A stretch of DNA of 63,622 nucleotides, filler included, from Chiloscyllium plagiosum (Eukaryota): NCBI RefSeq assembly GCF_004010195.1. It is 4 parts of one record of this genome, joined end to end, with 100 filler letters (N's around TTAATTAATTAA, not from the genome) between each part and the next. Parts side by side here need not be neighbours in the genome. Positions count along the whole stretch, not along the records: positions 1 to 23,901 come from NC_057710.1; positions 24,002 to 52,294 come from NC_057710.1; 2 more parts are not named here. One strand, given 5' to 3'. The notes under the pieces are model-generated. The model was not told the origin of the DNA and ran no database searches. It saw only the letters and a program-made list of their open reading frames with translations. This document shows positions 11,809 to 24,291 of this stretch, one piece after another. The position numbers and the translations under genes are program-made. Position 1 is the first letter of the stretch. Each line of letters opens with the position of its first letter.

Positions 11809-12575
11809 GTCAAATTTCCAAAGTCACTTGAGGCAGAAGAGGCGCTGTTGTACCTTTTTGACTGTCGCATCTACGTGGGAGGTCCAGGACAAATTGTCAG
11901 TTACTGTCACTCGAGGAAACTTAACATTCTCGACCCTCTCCACCTCAGCTACGCTGTGTCCTCTTCCTTTCTTCCTGAAGTTAATGATCAGTTATTTTGT
12001 TTTACTGATATTAAGAAAGGGGTTGTCGTCATTGCACCATGACACCAAGCGCTCTGTCTCCTTCCTGTACTGACTCATTGTTGTTTGATATCCGTCCTAC
12101 CAAGGTGGTGCTGTCAGCAAACTTGTAGATGGCAATCATACAGAATTTGGCTAAACAGTCGTGGGTGTTCACGGAGTACAGTAGGAGGCTGAGAAAGTAT
12201 CTTTGCAGATGCCAGTTTTGAAGACTGTTGTGGAGGAGGTGCTGTTGTTTATCTTCACTGATTGCAGTCTGTGGGTCAGGAAGCTGAGGATCCAGTTGCA
12301 GAGGGCAGAGCGGAGACCTAGGTCCCAGAGTTTTGGGATTAGTCTGGTACAGACTATGGTGCGTAAATTGGAGTTGTCGTCAATGACTAGGAGTCTGACA
12401 TAGGTGACCTTCTTATCCAGATGTTCCAGGGATGAGTGTAGGGCTAGGGAAATGGGGATCGAGGCAGGCTGGGAGGCTAGAGCTGATGTGGGCCATGACC
12501 AGTTCTCTCGAAGCACTTTGAATTATGGAGGTCAGAACCAGTGGGTGGTAGTCAATAAGGCTCGTTTCACATGTT
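11809..12575 (-). mobile_element. Rex1/Babar-type LINE RT fragment
   Basis: [36 protein letters not shown]; same family as 4663-6020. Confidence 0.8.
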
Positions 12576-13445
12576 TTCTTTGAGTGTTTGATGGCCCTTT
12601 CCTCGAGTAGTCGCACAACCAGGCTCAGGCTTTCTTAGCTTCAAATAACCCCTTCAGGCTTAGGACCAAATATTCTGGTCTGGATCTTTAAAATTAAACC
12701 CTTGCCCTGAGGTAACCCATTTACTAATTTATGAATCAACTGCTTTCTCAATACTTGCATTTAACTTCAATCAGGAGTTCAGCAAACTGAAACCAAAAGC
12801 TTTTCAATCGATGGGCTCTTCTCCCAATTAAAAATAAAATCCTGGTTCTTCTTAACCAGAAGCAAACTAATGCTTTTTTCAAGGGCTAGTCTGTCACATT
12901 GTAAAACTCTCACAATGCAATCAACTTTTCATTATAATTCTAGAAGTCTCCTCTATTGTACTAGATTTTAAAAAAAAAAACTTATGGACCCAGAAAGATA
13001 ACAATTACTAAACACCCTCCTATACACAGGATCAAAAGGCACATGCCACCAGTTCAAAATACAAACTCCAAAATAAATGACATTAAATATATAAATCATG
13101 CTTGCTACACCAAAATTTTAATTTACAACATGAGTGACTTTTTATTGACTGATTCAGATTAATCTTTAATCCTTGCACATTATTTAATTACTAAAATGAC
13201 TGTACTGTCCAATTTCCCAATATCTCCAAAAGCTTTCTCATTCATGCTCAAGCTAAAATAAGATGTTAACCCACAAGAATTCATCTTTCCATGAAACAAA
13301 GACAACATTAGATTTGACCAACATAATATAACTTAGTTAAAATACCAAATAATGAAAGTCAGAATGAATTTGATTTCACTGCTTATTATAATACTTGACA
13401 ATTGAAAAAAAACTTCACACTGATAATTCACACCTTACCAGAAAG

Positions 13446-13602
13446 ATGTGGAGGTGCCGGTGTTGGACTGGGGTGAACAAAAAGTTAAAAATCACACAAC
13501 ACCAGGTTATTTGGAAGCACCAGCTTTCAGAGCGCTGCTCCTTCATCAGTGCTTCCAAATAAACATGTTGAACTATAACCTGTTGTTATGCCATTTTTAA
13601 CT
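13446..13602. mobile_element. Fold-back mini-element, AGCT-hammerhead family, decayed
   Basis: Inverted arms AGTTAAAAATCACACAAC.../...TTTTTAACT, a central decayed minus-strand hammerhead (about 13518-13549), and a ~35-nt unpaired tail at 13446-13481. Confidence 0.75.
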
Positions 13603-13756
13603 CTCACCAGAAAGAACAGAGGAAAATTTGCATTGAAAGGCAACTATAACATTGCAAACCCAAATAGCACACAATAAATAATTTCAGGAGTTTCACTATG
13701 CAGGCTATTAGCCCAATATCTGCAGGTTTCAGCACAAAATAGTAACCATAATATGG

Positions 13757-14860
13757 AAAGGTTGTAAGTTTGCTCACAGAGCTGGAAGGTTTGGTCTCAG
13801 ACGTTTCGTCACCATCATCAGTGAGCCTCCATTGAAGTCCCATACTGTCCCATGTTCTATTTTTGTGCCTTGGTCTGTTGTGGTGGGTGATATCAGTTCT
13901 GGTTCTTTTTCTGAGAGGTTGGTGAATGGGGTCCAAATCGATGCATTTTTTGATGGAGTTCAGTTTTAATACCAGTCCTCGAGGAATTCCCATGCATGAC
14001 TTAGTTTAGCCTGTTTCAGGATGGATGTATTGTCCCAGTCGAACTGATGTCCCTTGTTGTCGATGTGTAAGGATACTAGTGATAGTTGGTCATGTTTTAT
14101 TTGGTGGCTAGTTTCCTGCCAATTTGTCTGATGTAACATTCGTTGTGGTCTTTGCAGGGTATTTTGTATATGACATTCATTCTGCTGGTTGTTGGTACAG
14201 GGTCCTTTAGATTCATCAAAAGTTGTTTCAGTCTGTTGGTAGGTTTGTGGGCTACCATGTTGCCAAGGGGCCAAAGCAGTCTGGTTGTCATCTCAGAGAT
14301 GTCTCTGATGTATGGTAGTGTGGCTCAAGTCTCTGGGAGTGTTGTGTCCTCTTGTTTAGGTTTGTTGTGTAAGAACAGCAGACTGTGCTTATCGGGTACT
14401 GTTGTTCTTGAATACATTATATTGATGTTGGACAGACTGGCAGGAAACTAGCCACCAGGATACACAAGCATCAACAAGACACCAAAAGACAACTAACTAT
14501 CACGAGTATCCTTATACACAGACAAGGGACACCAGTTCGACTGGAACACCACATCCATCCTGGGACAGGCTAAACAAAAACACGCACGAGTCCTGGCATT
14601 CAAATCAGAACTCCATCAACAAACACATCGATTTGGACCCCATTTACCAACCTGTCAGAAAAAGAACTGGAAGTGATATCACCCACCACAACAGATCAAG
14701 ACACAAATACAAAGCGGGACAGTACACCAGCACTTCAACAGATGGTCACCGATGATGTTTCCTGGTACGGTGATGAAATGTCTGAGAACAAACCTTCCAT
14801 CTCAGTGAACTTACAACCTGAACCACAACCTGAGCTACAAATCTTCACAAAAATCACAAA
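13757..14860. mobile_element. Penelope-like retroelement 3' end (GIY-YIG endonuclease) in inverted two-arm configuration
   Basis: Minus arm encodes NVIYKIPCKDHNECYIRQIGRKLATK...HQFDWDNTSIL, a GIY-YIG of the Penelope/Poseidon type. Plus arm ~14428-14860 repeats its distal part. Hammerhead-like motifs lie near both outer ends (13796-13825 minus, 14746-14785 plus). Confidence 0.85.
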
Positions 14861-16571
14861 TGGAGAAAGATTTTATTTCACTACAAATAATACATATAGT
14901 GCATTGTTTCCTCTGATCTCATTATCATCACAATTGCAGCATGTTACAATTTATAATTAGCAGATGACTGAAGCTACTTACATGTTGGTATTTAAAAATC
15001 ACTCAAATTTTCTATCGTTTGAGAAATGTGATAAGGCAATTCTATTTTTCAAAATACTTTCCTTACAGACAAGAGATACAGGTGTCGTATTTCTGCGGCA
15101 TACTGGTGACACTATAATAGGATTCAAGCTTCAGATTTCAAGAGTCCAGAGGTTGGGGAACAGAAGATAGAAAATCCGAAGACGAATAGAACAGTATTTA
15201 TCTAGAGGGGTTTGAAAAATTGTTTGCCTGAATATACTTTTGCCAGCAAGCAGTGGGAGGAAAAGTTAAAATTCCAAAAGAGTGGATTCTGTCTGCTAAA
15301 CTCGGCAATCATAATGCTCAGCGTCATTTCTAGGTTCATTAACAGACTGCAAAATTCCTTAACATTCTAAGGATTTTAAGAAATCAAAACATATTTTGGA
15401 GAACACTTTCAAAACTGGATATTTCATAAATAATGAATAAAAGTCTTAAATGTTTTTATAATGAGCTCATACAGTAACAATCACAATTTAGAGAAAATAA
15501 CCAAATAACATTTTCATTACCAAAGATGGCATGAGCATAAATATTTGATTAGCTGTCACCAAAAATAGATGTGTCAAAGTGTGCAACTTTTCACTGAAAT
15601 TATAACCATCATTGTCAGACTTATTTGAAAACCATTGTATATCAGCAGCTTGAGACATGAAAAGTATCCTCGAAATATTCTTGCTGAATATGTTACCATT
15701 TTAGAAATGTTATCAAAAGAATGCCTTAAATTTATAATAAGTATGAATTTTATGCATATGCAAAGTTTTTGTTTAAACTGCCAAGAACTAAAAGGAAATT
15801 GTTCAACATCCTCCATTAAAATGTACTTCATTTTCTGTTAGTTCCATTGAATTCTAACAGTTGAACTGTCACTCCGCTTCTCTGCAGGAAGAGTCCATTT
15901 TAAACAAAAATATATTTTCATACCAGCTGTCTCAACAAAATACCAATTATTCAAATTCTACTCACAGGAAGAAGCTTGGTAAACAGCACTTCTTTCTGCT
16001 TCCTAATGGATTTTTGACCTATTTTAAGCACCAAGCTTGCGAAGCAGAAGTGCCCTGCTGTTGGCCCACAGCTGACAACTACTACTTAACTATGCACAAG
16101 AATAATAAAAAAACTGAACAACTTATGGTCAAGGCATTTGTTTGTTTTCAGAATTGCATTAATCAAATACATTGCATTTATCAATCTTAAATAAAACCTT
16201 ATTCAGATTTGAATTGGAATAAAAATTTCAGAGACCAATTCACAAGTGTGTAATAGGTTCAAAAAACCAGAGAATGATGCCAGCCAAGGTCATTCAGCAC
16301 ACTAAGTGCTGGCACTCTAAAAGCATTTTTTTAACCGAGTTTCAAATTTATGCCCTTTTCCCTGCAAATATTCTTTTTGGATACTTTTCAAAATTATCCA
16401 ATTCAATACCAAGCATATGTGGAATGCAATGGCCCTCAATGCACTATTACAGTTTCTGAGCAATCATGTGGCTGTTTCAATACAGGCTGGTAGCTGCCAT
16501 GGATAGCCTCTGTCTTTAGGAGAAACACACATCCGACACTGCATCAGCTCAACCACTGGTCCTCTTAATTG

Positions 16572-16650
16572 AAGTTAAAAATCACACACCAGGTGTTGTG
16601 ATTTTTAAACATTGTCCACCCCAGTCCAATAGCAGCACCTCCACATCATG
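16572..16650. mobile_element. Minimal fold-back remnant of the AGCT family
   Basis: TTAAAAATCACACACCAGGTGTTGTGATTTTTAA hairpin followed by the tail TGTCCACCCCAGTCCAATAGCAGCACCTCCACAT, also seen at 13446-13481 and 43741-43775. Confidence 0.7.
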
Positions 16651-17199
16651 GCTCTCTCTTAATTCAAGGCATGATGACAGGGAATAGCATGCACTCCAGT
16701 TGTCCCTTCCTCCAGAAAACAGATTAGAGCTACAGGGCACCCAGCTGGAAGAGGACCCATACACAGGCCCCTCAGAAATCTCTTCTCAGAACACTCCAGA
16801 GGTGAAAGGACTTGCCACGTCCACCCTGCCTGCCCCACACTGACCTTGCAAGTTCAAGCCAAAGAGGGTTCTTTTGTCTTAGCCCCTGGTATTGCCCGAC
16901 CAAATCTTCAGGCCAATGGGCTATACTGCCAAGCAGGCTTCCTCCAGCCCAGCTACAGAACCTCAAAGATGCCAATGGGAGAAAGAGGAAGAAGAAAATT
17001 TGAGGATACTTTGGTGGCATGGGTGATAATGTACTGTACATGAATTCTTATGCTCATGTAAATTCTGCTGTTTCACACTACAGCAGATTGAATCTCTGTA
17101 AAAGTCAAAAATCAATTGTGCCAGCATGATGCCTAGCTTCATGGTCATGTATCATGGATCAAGATACGGACAGCCCAATGCTGCATATGGAAACTAGAT

Positions 17200-18600
17200 A
17201 GCTTTGGTAGATAAAGTAAAGGTGAATCCAAAGAGATTGTGTACATATATTAAGGGCAAAAAGAGTAACTAGGGAGAGAATAAGGCCCCTTAAAGATCAA
17301 CAAGGGTATAGAACATAGAACAGTACAGCACAGAACAGGCCCTTCAGCCCACGATGTTGTGCCGACCACTGATCCTCATGTATGCACCCTCAAATTTCTG
17401 TGACCATATGCATGTCCAGGAGTCTCTTAAATGCCCCCAATGACCCTGCCTCCACAACTGCTGCTGGCAACGCATCCCATGCTCTCACAACTCTGTGTAA
17501 AGAACCCGTCTCGGACATCCCCTCTATACTTTCCTCCAGCCAGCTTAAAACTATGACCCCTCGGGTATCGGGTGTGTGGAGCCACAGGAGTTGGGCGAGA
17601 TCTTAAAAGACTATTTTCTGTTAGTATTTGCTGTGGAGAAAGACATGGAAGCTAGAGAACTTGGGAAATAGTGATGTCTTGAAATTAAAAAGTCCACATT
17701 ACAGAAGAGGAGATGCTGTAGATCTTAAAATGCATAACAGTAGATAAATCCCCAGCTTATAATCAAGTATATTCCACGACCACAGTTGTTTGTTATTTAC
17801 ATAGACAATTTTGATGAAACGATAAGAGGTATGGTTGTGGATGGCACCAATATTGTGACATAATGGACTGTGAAAGTAGTTAGAGAAGACGATCTTGATC
17901 AAACAGGCCAGTGGGCCAAGAAATAGCATAAGGAGTTTAATGCAGATAAATGCCAAGTGTTACATTTTGCTAAGGCAAACCAGGACAGGACTTAACACAA
18001 TTAATGGTAGACCCTGGGAATTGTTGACAAACAGAGAGATCTAGGGGGGCAGGTACATAGTTCCTTGAAAGTGGCGTCGCAGGCGCAGTTTGGCATGCTA
18101 ACCTTTACTGGTCAGACCACTGAGTAGAGGAGCTGGAATGTCATGTTACAGATGCACAAGACAGAGGTAAGGCCACATTTGGAGTACTGTGTACAATTCT
18201 GGTTACCCTACTATGGGAAGTATGTTACTAAACTGGAAAGGGTGCGGAAAGATTTACAAGGATGCTACCGACACTGGAGGGTTTAGTTGTAAGGACAGCC
18301 TGGATGGGATGGGTCTTTTTTCACTACAGCGTCGAAGGCTGAAGGATGACCTTGTAGAGGTTTATAAAATCATGAGGGGCACAGATAAGGTGAATAGCCA
18401 GGGTTTCTTCCCAGGATAGGGAACTCCAAAACTAGACAGCATAGATTTAAATGAGAGGAGAAAAAGACTGAAAAAGAACCAGAGGGGTTACAGTTTCACA
18501 CAGAGGACGGTACATGTATGGAAGCTGCCTAAATGGTAGAAGTGGGTATAATTACAATATTTCAGAGGCATCTGGATGGGCTTATAAACAGGAAGGATGT
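17200..18600 (+). mobile_element. Decayed CR1 ORF2 fragments with a nested minus-strand CR1 3' end (about 17308-17563)
   Basis: NPKRL..YIKGK, LKDQQG, LVEVYKIMRG motifs; the nested piece begins with a TAGAACATAGAACA tail. Confidence 0.8.
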
Positions 18601-18864
18601 ATTGTGTCCTTTTGATTTCCAGCCTGACGGAAGGGGGCAGTGAGTGCTCTTCAGCCAGTGCTTCTCAGCCTCTGCCTGCCCTCAACACCATCCGCCCCCC
18701 CCGCCACTGTTCAATTACAGACATAACCCAAGCCCCCTAGCATTTGAGGTGATCAGGTCAAGTCTAGGCGTTGCCACCACACCTTTACGACAGACAAACC
18801 CTTCTCCTGCATTCCTTCCCCCCCCAACTCATCGGACAGTCATTGTTGACTGGCCAAAATTTAT

Positions 18865-19920
18865 ACCTGCCCCTGGTAGCCCTCGAGAAGGTGGCGGTGA
18901 GCTACCTTCTTGATTCGCTGCAGTCCATGTACATTTGATCACAATGCCAAAAGGGAAGCAATTCCAGGACTTAGACCCAGAAACAGTGAAGGAATGTTAA
19001 CATTTCCAAACCAGGCTGGTGAGTGGCTTGTAAGGAAACTTGCAGGTGATGGTGTTCCCTTGTATTTGTTGCCTTGTCCTTCTAAACAAAAAAGGCTGTG
19101 GGTTTGGAAAGTGCTGTCTAAGGATCTTTGGTGAATTTCTGAAGTCCATCTTGTAGACAGTACACACTGCGTCAATGGTGGAGTGAGTGGATGCTTATAG
19201 ATATGGTACCAATCGAGTGGACTGCTTTGTCCTGGATGGTGTCAAGTTTCTGGAGTGTTCTTGGGACGGCATTCATTCAGGCAAGCGGGGAATACTCCAC
19301 CAAACTCCTGACCTGTGCCTTGTAGATAACGGACAGGCTTTGAGGAGTCAGGTGGTGAGTTACTCGCCGCAGTATACCTAGCCTCTGATCTGCTCTTGTA
19401 GTCCAGTTGGATGCCTGATCAATGGTAACTGCAGGATGCAGATAGCGGGAGATGTAATAGTGTTGCCATCATTGCATGTCAAGTTGCAGTGATTAGATTG
19501 TCTGCAATTCGAGATGGAGATTGCTGTACAAATGTTATTTGCCACTTGTCAGCCAAGCCTAGATAGTTTCCAGATCTCGATGCATTTGAACATTGACTGC
19601 TTCAGTATTTGAACATTGTGCAATCAGCGAACATTCCTACTTCCGATCTTATGACGGAGGGAATGTCAGTGATGAGGCAGCTGACAATGATTGGGCCGAG
19701 GACGCCACCCAGAAGAAGTGCTGCAGCCAGACCCTAGTGCTGAAATATCTGACCTCCAATAACTACAAACTTATTCCTATGTGTCTGGTATGACTCTAAC
19801 CAGTGGAGATATTTCCCCCTCCCCAAGTACGTTTGAATCCAGTTTTGCCAGAATGCCTACACTCACTGAAATGCAGCCTTGATATCAAAGCTGTTAATCT
19901 CACCTCAATCAATTCTCACA
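18865..19920 (-). mobile_element. Old LINE 3' portion (CR1/L2 group), same family as 47225-48475
   Basis: Reverse-complement similarity to 47900-48430, e.g. AAGCCACTCAC and CAGCAC(C/T)TTCCAAAC. Confidence 0.7.
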
Positions 19921-21264
19921 CAATTGTGAACTCCCTTGGCCTCAACCTACCTTTCCCTCTTTCAAAAGAGACTGGCTGCTACGGAGTTACAGGACTGACC
20001 GTGACCAAGTCCCTGGACTACAGAGGCAGAGATTGCCTGACCAAGGATAGTTGATTATGAAGCCAGTCTATCGCCAATCCCCCTGGACTGAAATTGGAGG
20101 TTTCCCTTGATCAATTGTACCAGGACCACCTGACTGACAAATGCCTCCACATTGGTAGCTGACATGTTTTAGCTTCAATGTCTACAGATGAGGGGTAGAG
20201 GCAGTTGGTGCTTGTGGATTTTGCCCACAGATACAGTATGGGGTGAGGAACATAGAGGCTGATTGCAGCCAGCGACAAGCTGCACATGCTTTGATCAATA
20301 CCTTTTTAAGGAGTCTTTATACCTAGATTTTTGTCCTCAAAATGCAATGCCAAATGTTGGTTGAAAATGATCCTGTGAATGACCTCAGGCTTTTTTCACA
20401 TTAATTGTGGATGTAAGCTCCTGAAGAATCAAAAAGCAGTATGTCTGGTATGACTCTAACCTGGGACAGAACTGTAACAAGTCAAAATGAGGGGAACAGG
20501 AACACGCAGTAAATATGATCTGGGGCAGGGAAAATGCCCAAGATGGAAACAATATCAGCATGCTGAGTGACGGCAAAGTAGAAGGGAGAGAAAGGCTTAA
20601 TGTTGAAGAATTAAGAAAGGAGAAGGTAATAACAGGTTTAGGATAAGAGAGGCAGTGAAAATGCTCAAATGGATGCTGTTGCTTAAACTTGGATTTGCTT
20701 CCTTGTGAGTCAAAGGGCATGTGGAGGTTTCATGTGGTTATCCCTGATAATATAGCTTGCAGAATCAAAGTCTTTTTTTTTTGCTTGTATTGACCTGAAA
20801 TTTAATATACTTGTCATTTTGCATCATTACTCAAAACACAAGTGAAAGGTTAAAGAGGTTTGAAATGGTGTATTTCTTTCAAACACGGAAATAGTATCTG
20901 GTGCCATCAGCAACATTTTCTCCAGCGTAATAAGCTAAGTCAAGAGGTGATAATATTTTTATTTCTAACTTGTTGCACTGTAGAGCAGCCAGTTGCAATT
21001 TTGCCTATCGTTGTTTTGAACTCTTGATTGGTCCAGTCTCCACAGCCTGTGTCTAGATGTGTTACTGATGGCTACATTTAAGCAGCCTTCAACTGACAAA
21101 GAATCACAATTGTTAGGTGGAGTCTATTTGGCCCATGATGCCTTTACTGGTTCATTTAACTTGGTACTGGACAGAGTTTTCCCTATAAGCTGCATGCTGT
21201 TTCTATTTAAATAATGTACTGCCCTCTTGAATGCCTCAATTGAACATGACTCCACTGCACTTAG

Positions 21265-21848
21265 ATTCATGGAAATGTACAGCACGGAAACAGACCCTTC
21301 GGACCAACTCGTCCATGCCGACCAGATATCCCAACCTAATCTAGTCCCACCTGCCAGCACCTAGCCCATATTTCTCCAAACCCTCCCTCTTCATGTACCC
21401 ATCCAGATGCTTGTTAAATGTTGCAATTGTACCAGCCTCCACCACTTCCTCTGGCAGCTCATTCCATACACTTATCACCCTCTGCGTGAAAAAGTTGCTC
21501 TTTAGGTCTCTTTTATATCTTGCCCCTCTCACTGTAAACCAATGCCCTCTAGTTCTGGACTCCTCCACCCCAGGGAAAATATCTTGTCTATTTATCCTAT
21601 CCATGCCCCTCATGATTTTATAAACCTCTTTAAGGTCACCTCTGATGCTCCAAAGAAAACAGTCCCAGCCTATTCAACCTCTCCCTATACCATAAATCCT
21701 CCAAATCTGGCAATATCCTTGTGAATCTTTTCTGAACCCTTTCAAGTTTCACAACATCCTTCCGATAGGAAGTAGACCAGGACTGCACGCAATATTCCAA
21801 AAGTGGCCTAACCAACATCCGATAGAGCTGCAACATGATCTCCCAATG
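21265..21848 (-). mobile_element. CR1 LINE 3' portion
   Basis: LVRPLLEYCVQSW...FFTQRVISVWNELPEEVVEAG...GRWD*. Confidence 0.9.
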
Positions 21849-21953
21849 CTGATCTTTGAGGGGTCAAGAGTGTAGTACCAGAAAAGCACAGCAGTCAGGC
21901 AGCATCCGAGGAGCAGGACAATTGACATTTCGGATATAAGCCCTTCATCAAGA
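21849..21953 (-). mobile_element. PLE pLTR fragment with decayed hammerhead
   Basis: Minus strand TTGATGAAGGGCTTATATCCGAAATGTC followed by GGATGCTGCCTGAC. Confidence 0.65.
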
Positions 21954-22049
21954 TTGGAGATCATCAGGATCTTTGGGGGGCCAATTCTCTCCCCAGTTAA
22001 CCTTTTGTCCTTAACGTATTTGTAAAAAACCCTTTGGATTACACCAATC

Positions 22050-23901
22050 ATGCCAGAAGAGACAGAAGGGAGCAGACGATGAGGAAGGCGGAGAGGAGAC
22101 AGGTGCAAGAGACCCCGGGAGAAGTACCTGTCAGGAACAAGTTGAAGCTTTTGGAAACAGAGACTGATGACACTGCCAGTTCGCAAGGCGGCCAAGTTTG
22201 TCAATCAAAAGTTGCCGCAGAGGCAGAGCGGATGAGTCGGACATCGCACAAAGCCGTGGTAATAGGGGACTCCATCGTGAGAGGAACTGACCGGGGTTTT
22301 TGTGGCAGCAGACGGGATTTAAGGATGGTGTGTTGCCTTCCTGGTGCTAGAGTGAAAGACATCGCGGACAGAGTGCAGGAAATCCTCAAGGATGAGGGTG
22401 AAGAGCCAGAGGTGGTGGTACATGTCAGCACAATTGATGTCGGGAAGAAGAGGAGGAACATACTACAGCGAGACTTCGGAGAACTAGGAAGAAGGCTGAA
22501 AAGCAGGACGTCCAAGGTGGTTATCTCCGGTTTGCTTCCAGTTCCTCGGGCTAGTGTAGAAACAGGGAGATAATGGACTTGAACGTGTGGTTGGGGAACT
22601 GGTGCAGGAAGCAAGGATTGGATCACTTGGGGTATATTTTGTGGTAAGCATAAATTCTACAAGAGAGACGGCTTGCACCTTAATAGGTTAGGGACCAGCA
22701 TTCTGGCAGGCAGGTTTTCTACTGCAACACCGCAACATTTAAACTAAGTAACGGGGGGAAGGGGACAAGCTGGATGTTTAAAAAGGAAATTGAAGAGAAA
22801 GTTAGAACAAGAGAAGTCAAGAAAGACAACTATATCAATGAGGCAGAAAACTCGGAAAGGCATCATGCTGTAAGGTTGAGTGAAATAAGGGTTGATGGGA
22901 AGGATGAGAGCAGTAACAAATTAAAAATGCTATACATGAATGCACGAAGCATTACACATAAGATGGATGAGCTTGAGGCTCTTTTGGAAATTGGCAGATA
23001 CGATATTGTGGGGATAACTGAGACGTGGCTTCAAGTGGACAGGGCCTGGGAAATGAATATTCAAGGATACACGTGCTATCGTAAGGACAGACTGACGGGC
23101 AGAAGGGGTGGGGTGGCCTTGTTGGTAAGGGACGATATTCAGTCCCTTGCGCGGGGGGACCTAGAGTCAGGGGATGTAGAGTCAGTGTGGATAGAGCTTC
23201 GAACTACTAGGGGCCAAAAGACCCTCTCGGGAGTCATCTGCAGGCACCCAAACAGTAGTCTGGATGTCGGATGCAAGTTAAATCAGGAATTGAAATTGGC
23301 CTGTCGTAAAGATGTTACTACCGTTGTTATGGGGGATTTTAACATGCAGGTAGACTGGGAGAATCAGGATGGTATTGGGCCTCAAGAAAGAGACTTTGTG
23401 GAGTGCCTCAGAGATGGATTCTTAGAGCAGCTGGTGCTGGAGCCGACCAGGGAGAAGGCAATTCTGGATCTGGTATTGTGTAACGAACCAGAATTGGTCA
23501 GAGACCTCGAAGTGAAGGAGCCATTGGGAAGTAGTGACCATAATACATTAAGCTTCAATCTGCAATTTGAGAGGGAAAGGGTACAGTCGGAAGTGACAGT
23601 ACTTCTGTTGAATAAAGGGAACTACGGAGCTATGAGGGAGGAGCTGGCCCAAGTTCAATGGTGCAATACCATAGCAGGGATGACCGTGGAGGAACAATGG
23701 TGGATATTTCTGTGTATAATGCAGAAGTTGCAGGATCAGTTCATTCCTAAAAGGAAGAAAGATCCCAGGAGGAGGCATGGGCGGCCATGGCTGACGAGGG
23801 AAGTTAGGAAACATATAAAGTTAAAAGAGAAAAAGTATAACATAGAAAAGATAAGTGGGAAAACTGAGGACTGGGAAACTTTTAAAGAGCAACAGAGGAT
23901 T
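22050..23901 (+). mobile_element. CR1-clade LINE: ORF1 SGNH-esterase remnant and open ORF2 APE endonuclease, cut by a gap
   Basis: VIGDSIVRG, CLPGARVKD, DGLHLN in ORF1. ORF2 is open from 22774 to 23901 with YMNARSI, GITETWL, VMGDFN, ILDLVL, SSDHN. Confidence 0.93.
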
Positions 23902-24001
23902 NNNNNNNNNNNNNNNNNNNNNNNNNNNNNNNNNNNNNNNNNNNNTTAATTAATTAANNNNNNNNNNNNNNNNNNNNNNNNNNNNNNNNNNNNNNNNNNN
24001 N
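23902..24001. other. Artificial 100-nt join: 44 N + TTAATTAATTAA + 44 N
   Basis: Six-frame stop linker centred in N; same structure at 52295 and 58818. Confidence 0.97.
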
Positions 24002-24291
24002 GCACTGTCCCCTTGACTTGTCCGGACTTGTCCGACCTGCCTAGCTCCTTTTCCACCTATCCACTCCACCCTCTCCTCCCTGACCTATTAACTTCATCTC
24101 CTCCCTCACTCACCCATTGTACTCTATGCTACTCTCTGCCCACCCCCACCCTCCTCTAGCTTATCTCTCCACGCTTCAGGCTCTCTGCCTGTATTCCTGA
24201 TGAAGGGCTTTTGCCCGAAACGTCGATTTCACTGCTCGTTGGATGCTGCCTAAATTGCTGTGCTCTTCCAGCACCACTGATCCAGAATCTG
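24002..24291 (+). mobile_element. PLE pLTR (same family as 60769-61102)
   Basis: Pyrimidine-rich tract, hammerhead and downstream arm closely similar to 60781-61070. Confidence 0.85.
24193..24228 (+). ncRNA. Minimal hammerhead ribozyme (intact core)
   Basis: ATTC-CTGATGA-A-GGGC-TTTT-GCCC-GAAACGTC-GATT; one mismatch in stem I. Confidence 0.8.

Noticed and set aside
22034..22573. SGNH/GDSL esterase ORF as a host or horizontally acquired gene
   Set aside because: It lies directly upstream of an APE-encoding ORF2 and has a counterpart at 39472-39996; an esterase is a known ORF1 domain of CR1-clade LINEs.
23946..23957. TTAATTAATTAA as a conserved homeodomain site or piggyBac target
   Set aside because: It is centred in exactly 44+44 N three times, so it is an artificial linker.
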